DNA from: Felis catus
Lineage: Eukaryota
Assembly (NCBI RefSeq): GCF_018350175.1
Contig: NC_058368.1
Span: 194,620,001 to 194,684,000 of the forward strand
Direction of reading: 5' to 3'
Length of the DNA stretch: 64,000 nucleotides
The translations under genes and the position numbers were made by a program. This document shows, piece by piece, positions 1-12,320 of this stretch (positions within the stretch are counted from its first letter, which is position 1; the number at the start of each line of letters is the position of its first letter). Below the pieces are notes generated by a model that made no database searches, was not told where the DNA came from, and saw only the letters and a list, made by a program, of their open reading frames with translations.

Positions 1-105
1 GATCTCAGAAATGTAGCCTCCGGAATTATGACCTATAAATTTCCGCTGCTTATAAGCTAGCCAGTCTGTGGTGCTTTGTTAGAACAGCCTGAAGGGAGTA
101 AGTCA
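1..105 (+). mobile_element. 3' end of MaLR (MLT1/MST-type) LTR
   Basis: tagcctccggaattatgac-ctataaatttccgctgcttataagc...gtggtgctttgttagaacagcc resembles the typical MaLR LTR 3' end; cut by window edge. Confidence 0.7.
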
Positions 106-107
106 GG

Positions 108-1195
108 CCCTATGCTATACAGCAGACCTCTAGGACTTATTCATCCCATGTAAATGAAACTTTGTACCTTTGACTAATACCTCCCATTAATACCTTCTGT
201 CGGCCTGTGGCAACCACCTTTCTACTCTCTGCTTCTATGAGCTTGACTTTTTTAGATTGTATCATCAAAATGGTAACATGTAGTATTTGTCCTTCTGTGA
301 CTGGCTTACTTCACTTAGCATGATGTCTTCAAGGTTCATCCATATTATTACTAATGGCAAGATTTCTATCTTTTTTAAGGCTGAATAACATTCCATTGTA
401 TATACTGCATTTTTAAAAAATCCACTTATCTGTTGATAGACATTTAGGTTGCTTTCATATCTTGGCTATTGTGAATAATTCTGTGATGAACACCTGAGCA
501 CAGATATCATTTCAAGGTATTAATTTCGTTTCCTTTGGGAATATACCCAGAAGAAGGATTAATGGATCATGGAGTGCTTCTGTTTTAATTTTTTGAGGAC
601 CCTCCATGCTGTTTTCTAAGTTTGTTGTAAATTGTGTCTGTACCAGTTTGCATTCCCACCAACAGTGATATTCCTTTTCTCCACTATATATTATATATTA
701 TATTAATATTATTTTATATTATATTTATATTACATTATATTAATATATATCATATTGCTATAATAAATATTATATTATGTTAATAAACATTATATTATAA
801 TAAATATTATATAATTATTATACTATATTAATATAAGAATTATATATATTAATTATACATATATAACTGCCATCCTAACAGGCTTGAGGTGATATCTCAT
901 TCTAGTTTTCATTTGCATTTCCCTGATGATTACTAATGTTGATTACTCATTTTCACGTACCTGTGGGCCATTTGTGCATCTTCTTGAAGAAATGTCTATT
1001 CAATTCCTTTGCTCATTTTTAAATTGGACTATTTTGTTTTTTTGCTATTGAGTTGTAGATATATTTTATATAATAATCCTTATATATTTTAGATAATAAT
1101 CTCTTGTCCGATATACAGTTTGCAAATATTTTTCTCCCATTCTGCAGGTTGCCTTTTTATTTTGTTGATTATTTCCTTTGCTGTGCATAAGCTTT
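108..1195 (-). mobile_element. Old L1 (L1MA-like) ORF2 end/3'UTR fragment with AT-rich filler at ~685-865
   Basis: Antisense L1 motifs: ctggcttacttcacttagcat, ttggctattgtgaataat, atatacccagaagaaggatt, gttttcatttgcatttccctgatgat, gtttgcaaatatttttctcccattctg. Confidence 0.9.
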
Positions 1196-1504
1196 GGTAC
1201 ATACTCCTTTTTAACCCTAGTCTGCAAACAAACAGAGGTACAGGGAAACCAACTAACTATATGGGGTTAAAGTTGGAATTCAATCACAGGTCCACATGAT
1301 CTCAGAGTCCCACGATTATAATGTGTAAAGGTAATATCCAGAAGAATTACATATACATCCAGACTGAAAATGGAATAAGAGGGCATGGGTCAAACTAAAG
1401 CAGGATGAACCTCAACTAGACATAAAGAAGATTTTGGTGAGAAAGAATTTAGGGAAATAAAAAGAGGACTAGTCAAGGACTCAATCCCCAGTGTTGTCAA
1501 CAAC

Positions 1505-1700
1505 AACAAGAATAGTAAATACTTACACATAATTTACCATGAGCCAGTCTCTATTTTAAGGGCTTTATATAAATTAACTCACTTACCACCACTTTACAGA
1601 TGAGTTAGCTGAGGCATAAAGAGGTTACACACCTAGGAAGCAATATCCTGGAATTCAAACCCAAGCCATTTGGCTCCAGAATCTACACTCTTGGCCACCA
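1505..1700 (-). mobile_element. MIR SINE
   Basis: Core ttacagatgagttagctgaggcataaagaggtta...ggaattcaaacccaagcc. Confidence 0.75.
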
Positions 1701-2010
1701 TGACAATAGTTATTCAAGTAAACTTTGGCAATTCCCATCCTTTCCCTTGGTCTCTGTCTCAAATACAAAATGGAGGAGTTGGTTTCAATGATCTTCATAG
1801 TTTCTTCCAACTCTGATCTTTTTTTTAGTCTAATTTTATTTAAAGTATAGATTTCCCCTTTTCTGCAAGAATATTTTAAAATTAGATGCCTTCTTGAGGA
1901 AAGATTAGACACAGTCTTGCCTGAACCTGGAAGTGACGTAGATACCCTCTCAAAGTCAAGAAATAATGAGTGATAACTCAACTCATAGGGAATTCCTGGG
2001 GGTGAGGATA

Positions 2011-2389
2011 TGTGCCTCAGTCACTTCAGGCTGCAATAGCCAAAATACCACAGACTGAGTCTCTTAAGCCATAAACTTTTATTTTTCATAGATCTAGAAT
2101 CTGGAAAGTCCAAGATAAAGGCACCAGAAAATTCGAGGTCTGGTGAGAAGCTACCTCCTAGTTCATAGATGATTGTCACCTTGCTGTAATCTCAAACAGC
2201 AGAAGAAGGGAGAGCTCAGGGTTTCTCTTATAAGGGCACTAAGCCCATTTGTGAGGGCTCCATCTCTGTGAGCTAATCACCTCACAAAGGCCCTATCCCT
2301 CCCAATACCATCATCACATCAAGGGTTGGGAGTACAACAAATGAATGGGGGGAGGGGGGGCACATACAAACATTCAATTCACTGCAACA
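2011..2389 (-). mobile_element. MaLR solo LTR (MLT1A-like)
   Basis: ggctgcaatagccaaaataccacagactg...ctggaaagtccaagataaaggcaccag...tcttataagggcactaagcccatt...gagggctccatc; TG...CA ends. Confidence 0.85.
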
Positions 2390-2554
2390 TGTCATAGTCA
2401 AGGCCCTTCAAAAAAATCACTGCTCATATCTAAACATCTGAGAGGTCCAATCCTCCCTTAAAAGAAGATAATGATCTCAAGTGTACAAGTCAAAAGAAAA
2501 AACAAAACAGACTTTTCATAGCTCTGCAACTGCTTTAAGAGACACAGGCTGTGA

Positions 2555-2660
2555 CTGTTTCCAATTTTGTGTCTCCCTCTCTCTCTGCCCCTCCCCTGTT
2601 CATGCTCTGTCTCTCTCTGTCCCAAAAATAAATAAACGTTGAAAAAAAATTAAAAAAAAA
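2555..2660 (+). mobile_element. 5'-truncated young feline CAN-SINE
   Basis: (CT)n linker, gtcccaaaaataaataaacgttg, A tail; perfect 18-bp TSD aagagacacaggctgtga (2537-2554, 2661-2678). Confidence 0.95.
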
Positions 2661-2714
2661 AAGAGACACAGGCTGTGATAAATCAAGTCAAGCAAATAAG
2701 AATTCCAAAAGAGC

Positions 2715-2875
2715 CTACATAGTTGGTTTAAATTGTACTTCTGCCACACATAAGCTATGTGACGCTGAGCAAGTTACCTAACCTCTGTAAGCCTTAATTT
2801 CCTCATCAGTAATATGGGATAATCATATCTTTCTCAAAAGGTCATCATGAGATTTAAGCAAGATAATACAAGTAG
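2715..2875 (+). mobile_element. MIR SINE
   Basis: ctatgtgacgctgagcaagttacctaacctctgtaagccttaatttcctcatcagtaatatggg. Confidence 0.75.
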
Positions 2876-3190
2876 GTACAGGTGGAAATGATATTACTAA
2901 TAACAAGAGTATAAACAAAGCCATTACACACTAATGTGGTGTCAGGTACTGTTCTAGGCAATTTACAATCTCCCAACCAATAAAAACAAATCTATAACAT
3001 TCCTGAGAAATGATCTCCACCCTCTTATTGGACCCCCAGAAATGGGTAACTCATTAACTTCCAGGCCATCTCTCTGAATGTAATATTTGCTGCAGTAGAA
3101 ATCATCCCTTTTCTTTTATTGTTGTAGTCCTAGCACCTGGATAATCTTTTCTCAGACAGACTTTTTTTTGTTGTTCCGAATCATGCAACA

Positions 3191-3313
3191 TTTTATTTTT
3201 TTTAATATAATATATTATCAAGTTGGCTAACATACAGTGCACACAGTGTGCTCTTGGTTTTGGGGGCAGATTCCCATGATTCATCACTTCCATACAACAC
3301 TCCTCCGTGCTCA
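3191..3313 (-). mobile_element. Short 3' end of feline/carnivore L1
   Basis: T-rich tail then aagttggctaacatacagtg...gtgctcttggttttggggg...gattcatcacttccatacaacac. Confidence 0.8.
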
Positions 3314-3424
3314 GATTTTTAAGAATTGTATCAATGAGACACATGAAGGATTAACCATTCTGTAGGTTTGTTATTGTTACTGATGAAAAACAGTTAACAT
3401 GGACCGAGCATAATATTAATAGTT

Positions 3425-3670
3425 AATAATAATAATAGCTAACATTAATTGAGCATATGTAACATATTACTGTATATGAATGATGTCATCTAAGCCTCAT
3501 GGTAACCCAGTGAGTTATGTACTATTTTATTATCACTCCTGTTTTATAGAAATATACACCATGGCATGAAAAAGCCTAAGTAACCTGCCCAAATCCTCAA
3601 ACTCTGTGCAGAGTGGAGCAGGGATTTCAACCAGGCTGTCTGACTGTGACACTCGTGCTCTCACAATACC
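3425..3670 (-). mobile_element. MIR SINE
   Basis: aataatagctaacattaattgagc...taagtaacctgcccaa...gcagggatttcaaccaggctgtctgactg. Confidence 0.75.
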
Positions 3671-4759
3671 ATGTTGTTTCTGTTGGGTGTGACACTAGAG
3701 GGACCCCAACAGTTAGCATCTCTCATTTTGCAAGAGCCTGCTTTTCATCAAAATCTTTTCACTTTATCCAGAGTGAAGTAGGCACAGCCAGAACTTTAAG
3801 GACATTACTGTTCTGGTGCCCATCATATACTTTCACTGAGCTTTCCAGATTCCAGCTTACACAATGGATGATGCCCTGCAGTTTAGGCTCTGCACAAAGT
3901 TGCAGATGATGGGTTGCTGGTTAGCATGTCAGCTGAAGGACAATAAATTTTAATGCAAATGCAATGAGCCGGAACGACAGTATTTTCTCCAAGAGCCTTA
4001 ACTAGGTTAGCATGACCTCCGAGAGGGGCCAGAATTCTAACAGCAAAATTAGAATAGAAAGGCTTATGGAGATTTCTATGCTAATCAGCCATGTTTTACT
4101 GGAACGATTATGTTCAGCACAATGGCCATTTGCCAGCTTCAGCCAGGGCATCGTGTGGTCAGGTGACCAACAGAAAAGGATGACTCAGAAAGTGCTGGGG
4201 AGGCCACATTAAGGCAGCAGCACCCTAAAAATGGTGGCAGAGGTGGGATAAAAGTGCCAGGACCCACAAAGAAAGAAGATTTTCTTATAGGAATTCTAGC
4301 ACACACCTTACCAGCTTTGCGGTTTGTGCTGCAGTAAAAATCCTTTGTTTGAGAGTTGATAGGAACAATATACCTCTGGGACCTGAAAACAGGGATAAAA
4401 AGGAGAGAAAAACAAGAAAATGTCTCTGTTCAGATTAAGGATTTTTACTCACACCTAATCTTTGCTCTTGGGATAGAGACTTTGTGTTCTGCTCAAGTAA
4501 AGAAGAGATGCTGTTTTCTTTGACCTGTGCCCCCCTCAACCAAGAAACCTCATCATCTCTCACATCTGTTTTGTTTTGAAATTGGGGGAATTTACAGAAT
4601 TGAGCTGGTTAAACACAGAACTTTATATAGACAAAACCTAAAAACAAACAAACAAGCAAACAAACAAACAAAACAATCAAACCTAACTGTCTCTAGTCTA
4701 CCCACACATGTGTAAGAGTCAACAACAATCAAAGAAGGAAGCAAACAACTAAAGATGTA

Positions 4760-4945
4760 CCATAGCACCTCTTGGTACTTACAATGCCTTCTGAACAGCT
4801 TTTTAATGGTTTTCAAAAGATACCTTGGCCCGCCCCCAGAAATACTGAATCATAATCACAAGGAGAAACAGAGGAGAAATAATCTATATTTTTAAATAAG
4901 CTGTCCAGATGGTTCTGATGCAGGACCAAGTTTGGGAATCTCTGC
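4760..4945. mobile_element. MER5-like hAT-Charlie MITE
   Basis: cccgcccccagaaatactgaatca...aataagctgtccagatggttctgatgcagg...aagtttgggaatctctg. Confidence 0.7.
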
Positions 4946-6374
4946 TCCGGACCACACCTCCTTACATCATCACACAGAGGAAAAGCACTGATGCTATTCT
5001 GGGTCCATCTTGCCTAGCATTCAGGCTCTAAATGCAGAACCAAGAGCTGCGATCCAAAGAACATAGTTGTTATGTTTCCTGACATTGACCCCAAACAACA
5101 TTAAAGTAATTAATATTCACCTAGCACTTAATATGTGCCAGGAACTTTTACATATATTATCTTGTTCCAGTCAAAGGTTAATGCCACTTAAATATTTAAA
5201 AATACAGTATGTAGCTATGCTACTCTTAGTCAGAAATGTTGAACAACAGTAACACTGTATATAACTGGATCACACAATTTTGTTCATACTTCAACCTAGA
5301 TAAAGACAGAAAATTCATTTATTTTGTCTGTAACTGAGGTTTCCATCGTCTATAACTTCCACTTGACAGTCGGTAGAAAAATGAACTAAATGATCAATCT
5401 AGTTTAAATTCTGTCTTTTCTTATTATCAAAACACTGACTTTAGGTAGTGTCAGTCTCCCTAGAATAAAAATTTCTAAATCTCTGAAATCACTTCTCCCT
5501 GCTTTTCCATCAAGCTAAATTCTGGGTGTAAGGCAAGTGTGGAGAAAGAGAGAGATATGTGATTTCCAAGTATTCATGGTGACATGTCAAGTAACGGGAT
5601 GGCCTTCTGCTCATTCTTGTCCAGGGATCACATCCTATGTCCACCTGCTTTCTGCTTGCCCCTCTGGCCTGCTCAGCAGAAATGGAAGCTGGCATGACTC
5701 TTAATCTCATATATTCTCCTGCCTCAACCAGAACACAGACTGGGGGACCCTGCCTGCCTGAGCCTCTCCTTACCTGCAGCTAGCAGCAAAGATTTTTCTA
5801 AGGTTTGGCTGGAACTCCCTCTTCCCACCTGGCAGGTCTGACCTGCTATCTTAATTACAGGGCCAGCTTACCCCAACCACCATAACCTCAGGGACAGGAT
5901 CCCAAACACTCTCAGGTAATTATGGGGCCAACCTGCACCCCACAGGACAAGCAGGTCCATCTTGTGTCCTAAGCTGGCCACAAAGCAAACCTACTCTCAG
6001 TGTGGATCCAATGTATCTAATCAGCCTCCTGCCCTCTGTGCCAAAGCTAGCACAGGACCCTGTCTCTTCACCCTCCTCTCCCATGCCCTTCTCTCTCCTG
6101 TATCCCACTATCTTTGAAGACAAAAAGGGGCAGTCTCTTCCACAAGGCCTTCCGGAGGAGACCTCCCATAGATAGAGCATGCCCTTGATATGTGTAACAG
6201 GAGCTAAAGCAATTTAGGCAATTCCCTTTAAAGCCTACAGCCTGATTTGGTGTGGATGCTCCTTTTGGTCAGCATCCCTCCTCTGGTAGCCCTAACCTTC
6301 CCCTTCCCTTCTCTGGGTAACTAGGGCAAAGCTCATGTCATTGGGAAGACAGAAGATAAAAATATGAATAATTT

Positions 6375-6605
6375 GGGGCACCTGGGTGGCTCAGTCGGTG
6401 AAGCATCTGACTCTTGATTTTGTCTCAGGTCATGACCTCACGGTTCGGTTCATGAGATCAAGCCCCATGTTGAAGTCTGTGCTGACAGCACAGAACCTGC
6501 TTGGGATTCTCTCTCTCCCTCTCTTTCTGCCCCTCCCCTGCTCATACTTGCATCCTCACTCTCTAAATAAATAAATATACAAGCAATTTTAAAAATTCTT
6601 TAAAA
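6375..6605 (+). mobile_element. CAN-SINE
   Basis: ggggcacctgggtggctcagtcgg head, CT linker, A-rich tail; flanking repeat atgaataattt. Confidence 0.95.
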
Positions 6606-6832
6606 ATGAATAATTTAAAATATTTCCCCACTGTATATGTATACTTTATAATTTCCAAAATGAGTTTACATTGTAAGGAAGGGAAAATGGGAATTACTAG
6701 TCACATCTTACAAAGGAAGACACTGGGGCACAAATTGCCATATGATTAGTTAGTGGTCTGGAATAGTGTCCTTTGTATGTCTGTCTTCTTTGTATGATAC
6801 ATATTTCTTTGCTTTGCTTAGTGGTATTTTTT

Positions 6833-7026
6833 TTTTAATTTTTTTAATGTTTACTTATTTTTGAGACAGAGCATGAACAGGGGAGGGTCAGAGAGAGAGG
6901 GAGACACAGAATCCGAAGCAGGCTCCAGGCTCCGAGCTGTCAGCACGGGGCTCAAACTCACGGACCAGGAGATCATGACCTGAGCCGAAGTCTGACGCTC
7001 AACCGACTAAGCAACCCAGGCACCCC
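6833..7026 (-). mobile_element. CAN-SINE
   Basis: Antisense SINE; TSD tgcttagtggtattttt at 6815 and 7027. Confidence 0.95.
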
Positions 7027-7399
7027 TGCTTAGTGGTATTTTTTAACCAACACTTTCTTGAGTAATGAGTCCCATTAGGCAAGGCCAAGTGCCACACAGA
7101 TGGTCCTACTATTTTACCTGTCTATTCAAATCTGACTGCCCTAAAAGGCCCAAGTCACACATCACCTCTCTCATATCCCTTCCGCTACCTTGCTATCTTT
7201 TGAATACTTTTTGTTAACCTGTAGTCCAGACAGCATCATGTGACACATAATTTAATATAACAATGTCTTGTGTTTGCTTTCTAATTTGTCTCTCTGTGCA
7301 ACTCTAGCCTCTCAGCTAGTCTGTAAGCTATTCTGCGAGCTGTATGAAGGCAGGAATTATGCTTCTAAAGTCCTGTTCTTGTGGTTGGGACCATAGATT

Positions 7400-8560
7400 G
7401 TGAATTCGAATGAACAGGTTCGAATAATGGTTCTGCTTATGAGATCCTGGGAAGACCACCTAACCTTCCTGAGCCTCTGTTCCCCCTACCCTCTGCCTAC
7501 AAAGCAGAGATAGTAATATGCCTGCTCACAGGTTTGCTGTGAACATTAAATAAATGAACGTATTCAAAGTATTTAAAATAATACTAGATACATAGTAAGC
7601 ACTACATGTGCTTGGCATTGTTATTTTTATGCCCCTTAGCACATGAGACTGAGTACAAAGCTGATACTTGTTAATGCTTCTGAGTGGAGTTATTTGAATT
7701 AGCAGAAGACTTTTATTTAAGTCTTTTATTTTAAATAATAAATTTCTGAGATGCAAAGCTAAACTTATCGAGATTGAAATTCTTCAGACAAATGAGTCTA
7801 GGCAAGCCTAAGAAACAATTTATCACAAAAATAAAACTGCCCACAACACCACATCGCACACAAAATAACAGCTCTCATCATTCTTCTGCATTTCTACATT
7901 ATACAAAGAAAGCATTTCCTTGATTTTACCCCCTTTAAGCACCACAACACCGGAGAGGTTAGCAAGTCAAGGATGAGGGCTCTTACTTTATAGATGACAA
8001 CACTGAGGTACTGGAAGTCAAGAGGTTGGACCACATCATTGAGAAAGTTTTTATGGGAGGCAGGAACAGAACTCAGCAATCCTGCTCCTGGATGAACACC
8101 TGTGCTCGGGGCTAGCCAGTCACAACACACTGCAACGACCATGATCTCCCTTGGCCCTCATAGCGACTTGCTGAGCTTCTCAGAAAAGGCATCACAATCC
8201 CTATTTTGCAGGTGAGAACACCATAACTGGGGAGGGGGGGGGTGGCTAAGAAGTGACAGAGGCTGGGCCAAAGCCCAAACCCCCTGATCATAACACTGCG
8301 TTCCTCCACTTCCCCACAGCACCCAACCACAGTGTTCAGTAATGAGAAGGAGGTGCTGCAGCATGGTGCTTACGAGGTGGGTTCTGGCCTCATACCAACC
8401 TCAGTCTGGATCCCATCTCACCACATTCCCCGATCTTTTTTCATCTATAAGATGAAGATGATACCAGGTACTTTTCTCATAAGGTTGAAAGACAATTAAA
8501 CTAGACAGGCTATGCAGATACTTGGAACAGTACCTGGCAAATATTAAGGACTCAGCCAAT
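7400..8560. mobile_element. Cluster of MIR fragments (about 7400-7625 +, 7905-8110 -, 8150-8300 -, 8360-8560 +)
   Basis: Repeated MIR core motifs (cctgagcctctgttccc; tatagatgacaacactgagg; tttgcaggtgagaaca; tttcatctataagatgaagatgata). Confidence 0.7.
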
Positions 8561-9714
8561 ATGGATGGGGGAAACACTTCTCACTCATCATGACTCCATG
8601 GGCAGGGACTTCAGCTACACCACCGTTCCTGGCCTCTCTTCCCACTCTCACTTACCCTTCCCAAGAGAAAGGAGAGTTTTATCAGGGTGTATTCGGAAGA
8701 GTCCTTTGGGTCTGCTCTCGGCCATGCATGAGGCTCTGAAAAGAAGACTCCCATTCTGTTTAAGGGGAGGCCTGTGATTGCACAAACACACTGGTCTGAG
8801 AACATTCTCTTCAGGGGTGCAGAATTAAGATTTCCATTGTTGTCTCATTCCTAAGCCAAATCCCTCAACCTAACTTTCATCAATAATAGATAGGACATTT
8901 TGATATCCATTTTTTTCTGATTCTTACATCTATCTCTTAATTGGTTCAGACTTAGGGGAAGAAGGTAGGTACTATCCACTGACCCCATAAAATGCCAACA
9001 AATATTAGCTGCTGCCATGATTATCGGTATCATGTAAAAACTGTTTCTAAGCAGGAGTTCTAGAGATCTGCAGTTTCCCTGTATCCCATCCAATGGCTGG
9101 CAAAGTTCTACAGGGTTTGGCTGCTACATTCAGCAGTGATGACCAACAGCCTCAGCACCAAGAAGCCAGAGATGAAACTGACCAGAGTCTCCAACCCTTC
9201 CCAAAGTCAGATCTCAGGAATGCATTGAGGACAAAGCTGACTCAAGACATTTTCTCAGGACTTTCTTGTGCAAGTGGCCCACTAAGACTAGGAATCAAAG
9301 CCCAGCAAAATCTCTGCCACTTTCCCAATGTTCTGCTGGATGAGTTTCACCTTGGGTGTCTCCAAAACTTTGTCAGAGCATATGGGGAATACTAGGAGGG
9401 TGACTGGACATCCAGTCTATTTTGGTTCTCTAATTCTCCAGCAGCCTGGTGTCTGAGCTAAGAGAAATGTGACGGTGTCAGAGTACAAGAGAGCGCCAGT
9501 GGCAAGGGCTTCTACATGTCTATTTCTGGCTGTCCCCTGATGCTGTGTCATTGGAGGAGCTGTGACATCACAGCCTCTGCCTTTTTACAAGGGCCTGGCA
9601 CTACAAGTGACTCATAGAGAATGTCAACTGTGGCTGCCAGCCTGGATCAATACACAGACTCGGGGAGTCACACAGAGTGACTTGTGCCGGGGTTGGGTAG
9701 GGTCAGGAAGACAA

Positions 9715-9870
9715 TCATAGACTATTAGGCCTAGAAGTGACCTTAATTGTCCTCTAGTAAAAACCCCATCTAAAGTCTCAGGCCCTGCCACAATATCCGT
9801 GATAAATGGGCCTCCAGATTCTGCTTACATATCTCCAAGGACATTGAGCTCATTATCTTCCAAGGCAGCT
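9715..9870 (-). mobile_element. L3/CR1-like fragment
   Basis: ttctgcttacatatctccaaggacattgagctcattatcttccaaggcagc resembles the recalled L3/CR1 3' region. Confidence 0.5.
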
Positions 9871-10388
9871 ATATTAGGATGATTTGAGCCACAAGTAACA
9901 GCATATTTAAGCAATACAAATTTTAACATCTCACTTAACAAGAAATCTGAAGGAAAGTGGCAGGATGGTTGGTTAGTGGCTCAGTAGAGTCACCAAGGTC
10001 CAAGGCCTTTTCCATCTTACAGGAAATCAGTGATGGTTTTCTTCACTGGCTCAATTATCTTTTTTTCATCTGATACTATCAAAGCAAAGAGAAACGTGGC
10101 ACACACCAGAGGCTTTATACCTCATGTGTTTCTCTCTTTTCATCAAAGTGGAAAACCTTCCCCAGGCCCCAGAAGACTTCCCGAGCCTCTCATAGGTCAG
10201 AAAAGGATTGCAGACCCACTCCTAAACCGATCACTGGCAGAAGGGTATAGGATTGACAAACTGGCCTTGAACAGTTACGGACCATACCTTGGACTTGGAC
10301 CCACTGCTACTAAACAAAGGATAGTTTTATAAGCAAAGAAAAAGGGAAAATGGCTATTAGGCACAGGCATTCAATTATATCTGCTAGA
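9871..10388 (-). mobile_element. Ancient MaLR LTR (MLT1J/K-like)
   Basis: gccacaagtaacag...aacaagaaatctgaagg...cagaagacttccc...cccactcctaaaccgatcactggcagaaggg. Confidence 0.7.
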
Positions 10389-10594
10389 GTAGCCTGACCT
10401 GTGTTGAATTATTTCAAAGTATTATAGAGTATTGAGTTTGAAACTGCCTAACACCACATTTCCTCAGCCATTGGGTCTAGATCTACTCTGATGCCTCATA
10501 GAATAAACACGTTTCCAAATGGTAACTAACCTAAAACATATGTGAAAATTGACTGTTCTAGAAAGTCTTCAGTTTTCTGAACTCTTCACTGGGA

Positions 10595-10840
10595 GACAGC
10601 ATAGTACAGAGTTCTAAAGCCAGACAGCCTGGGTTCAACTCCCAGCTGTCCTACTTAATAGCTGGATGATCCCAGGAAAGTAACTTTAACCTCTTTGTAC
10701 CCAGTCCCTCATTGGACAATGAATACAATAACAGTGTTTACCTCATAGGGTCATAGGGTTTCTGTAGAGATTAGTGAGTATACATAAACACTTAGAACAG
10801 TGCCTGGCACATAGTTGGTACATTCAAGTGTCTATTATTG
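10595..10840 (+). mobile_element. Near full-length MIR
   Basis: gccagacagcctgggttcaactcccagct...cacttagaacagtgcctggcacatagt. Confidence 0.85.
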
Positions 10841-11298
10841 TAGGGTCAGTTTTAATTTTTTGATCGCTTTATTTTGTCAGCAATCTGTTTATCTGCACCT
10901 CAGTTAAAAAGTCAAAGCAAGGACTCAAGTCTAGATTTCTCAGTATACGCCCCGATATTCTCTCCATGGCTGCCTCAGAGAAAGTTGAATAACAACAATG
11001 ATCTTTAATTCACGGTTGCTAAACCATGTCTTCAATATGTGCAGTTGAGTTTTTTGAACTTGGATAAAAGGCTTACATTTAATTTGATCTCACTTCACGC
11101 AAACACTGGAGGACTCAAAGTGTGTCTATGACTCTAAGAAGGGGAAATAAAGAGTACAAAAACCTTAAACTCACCAGGCAAGATTGTTCTCCCATCCCTA
11201 GGACCACCTTCCTGAGACTCTCCAATTCCACCACTAGGATTTACCCATTACCGAGCCTGGTCTCTCAGCCCCCTATCAACCCTGTGGGCCTAGAGCAG

Positions 11299-11475
11299 TG
11301 TCGTGAGATGAATTATGTCCCCTCAAAATTCACAAGGTCTAACCCCTGTACTTCAGAATGAAACTCTTTGGAGACAGGTCTTTCTGGGACTTCCAGGCTA
11401 TCAGAAATAAATGTCTACTATGTAAGCCATTCGCTCTGTGATATTTTGTTATAGAAGCTCTGGCAAACGAATACA
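11299..11475 (+). mobile_element. Internally deleted MaLR (MLT1B-like) LTR, 177 bp
   Basis: Both termini present (tgtcgtgagatgaattatgtcccctcaaaattca ... ttttgttatagaagctctggcaaacgaataca); near TSD agcag/ggcag. Confidence 0.8.
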
Positions 11476-12082
11476 GGCAGCCTGACTGGTTTCTGGCCTT
11501 GTTATTAAAAACCCTGCTTAGGATGCACCACGGACACGTCGTCCTCCACTTTCACCACACCTACTACAACCTTCTTCATCCTCTCCTTGTCCATCTCTTC
11601 TTTAATCATCTAGAGCAACTTCAACAGCCATTTGTCTGCCTGGCTGTGCCTGCTTTCCTCATCGGGGTGCCCTCATGTGCTGAGTAATTGTGAGAAAGTC
11701 ACTCTAACCTATTTGTACCAACAAAGAGATCCACACCAGCGCAGATGTGCTCCTCAAATAATCTACAACAGAATCACTAGGTGTATTCCTGGGCCCTACA
11801 GATCTAGCAAAAGAAAATATATTAGCAAGCTTCCCAGGTGATTCTTATCGACCTTCCCAAACACTTATCTGTTACTAACAATTTGTTACTTTCCTGACTG
11901 GCTTTGAAAATCACAAATTGGAATAAGGAAAGAAACTTGCTACGGGGACTTGGAAAAGTCATGTTCCTCTTCTGGACCTCAGTTTGCTCTTCCTATGCAT
12001 CAAGGAAGGTGAAGCCCAAGTTCCCTTCTTGGTCTGTTACTTCTCTAACTGGAAGCAGGTTTGGGTTAGAAATAGAATATTA

Positions 12083-12320
12083 GGGGCGCCTGGGTGGCGC
12101 AGTCGGTTGAGCGTCCGACTTCAGCCAGGTCACGATCTCGTGGTCCGGGAGTTCGAGCCCCGCGTCAGGCTCTGGGCTGATGGCTCAGAGCCTGGAGCCT
12201 GTTTCCGATTCTGTGTCTCCCTCTCTCTCTGCCCCTCGCCCGTTCATGCTCTGTCTCTCTCTGTCCCAAAAATAAATAAATGTTGAAAAAAAAATTTTTT
12301 TTTTAAAAATTAAAAAAAAA
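12083..12320 (+). mobile_element. Young feline CAN-SINE
   Basis: CpG-rich, intact A box tggcgcagtcgg and B box gttcgagcc; perfect 15-bp TSD agaaatagaatatta (12068-12082, 12321-12335). Confidence 0.97.

Noticed and set aside
11984..12286. Recurrent peptide 'GAPGWRSRLSVRLQPGHDL...' (also 56745-57023, and 'AQSVKRPTSAQV' ORFs)
   Set aside because: Translations of CAN-SINE copies, not a gene family
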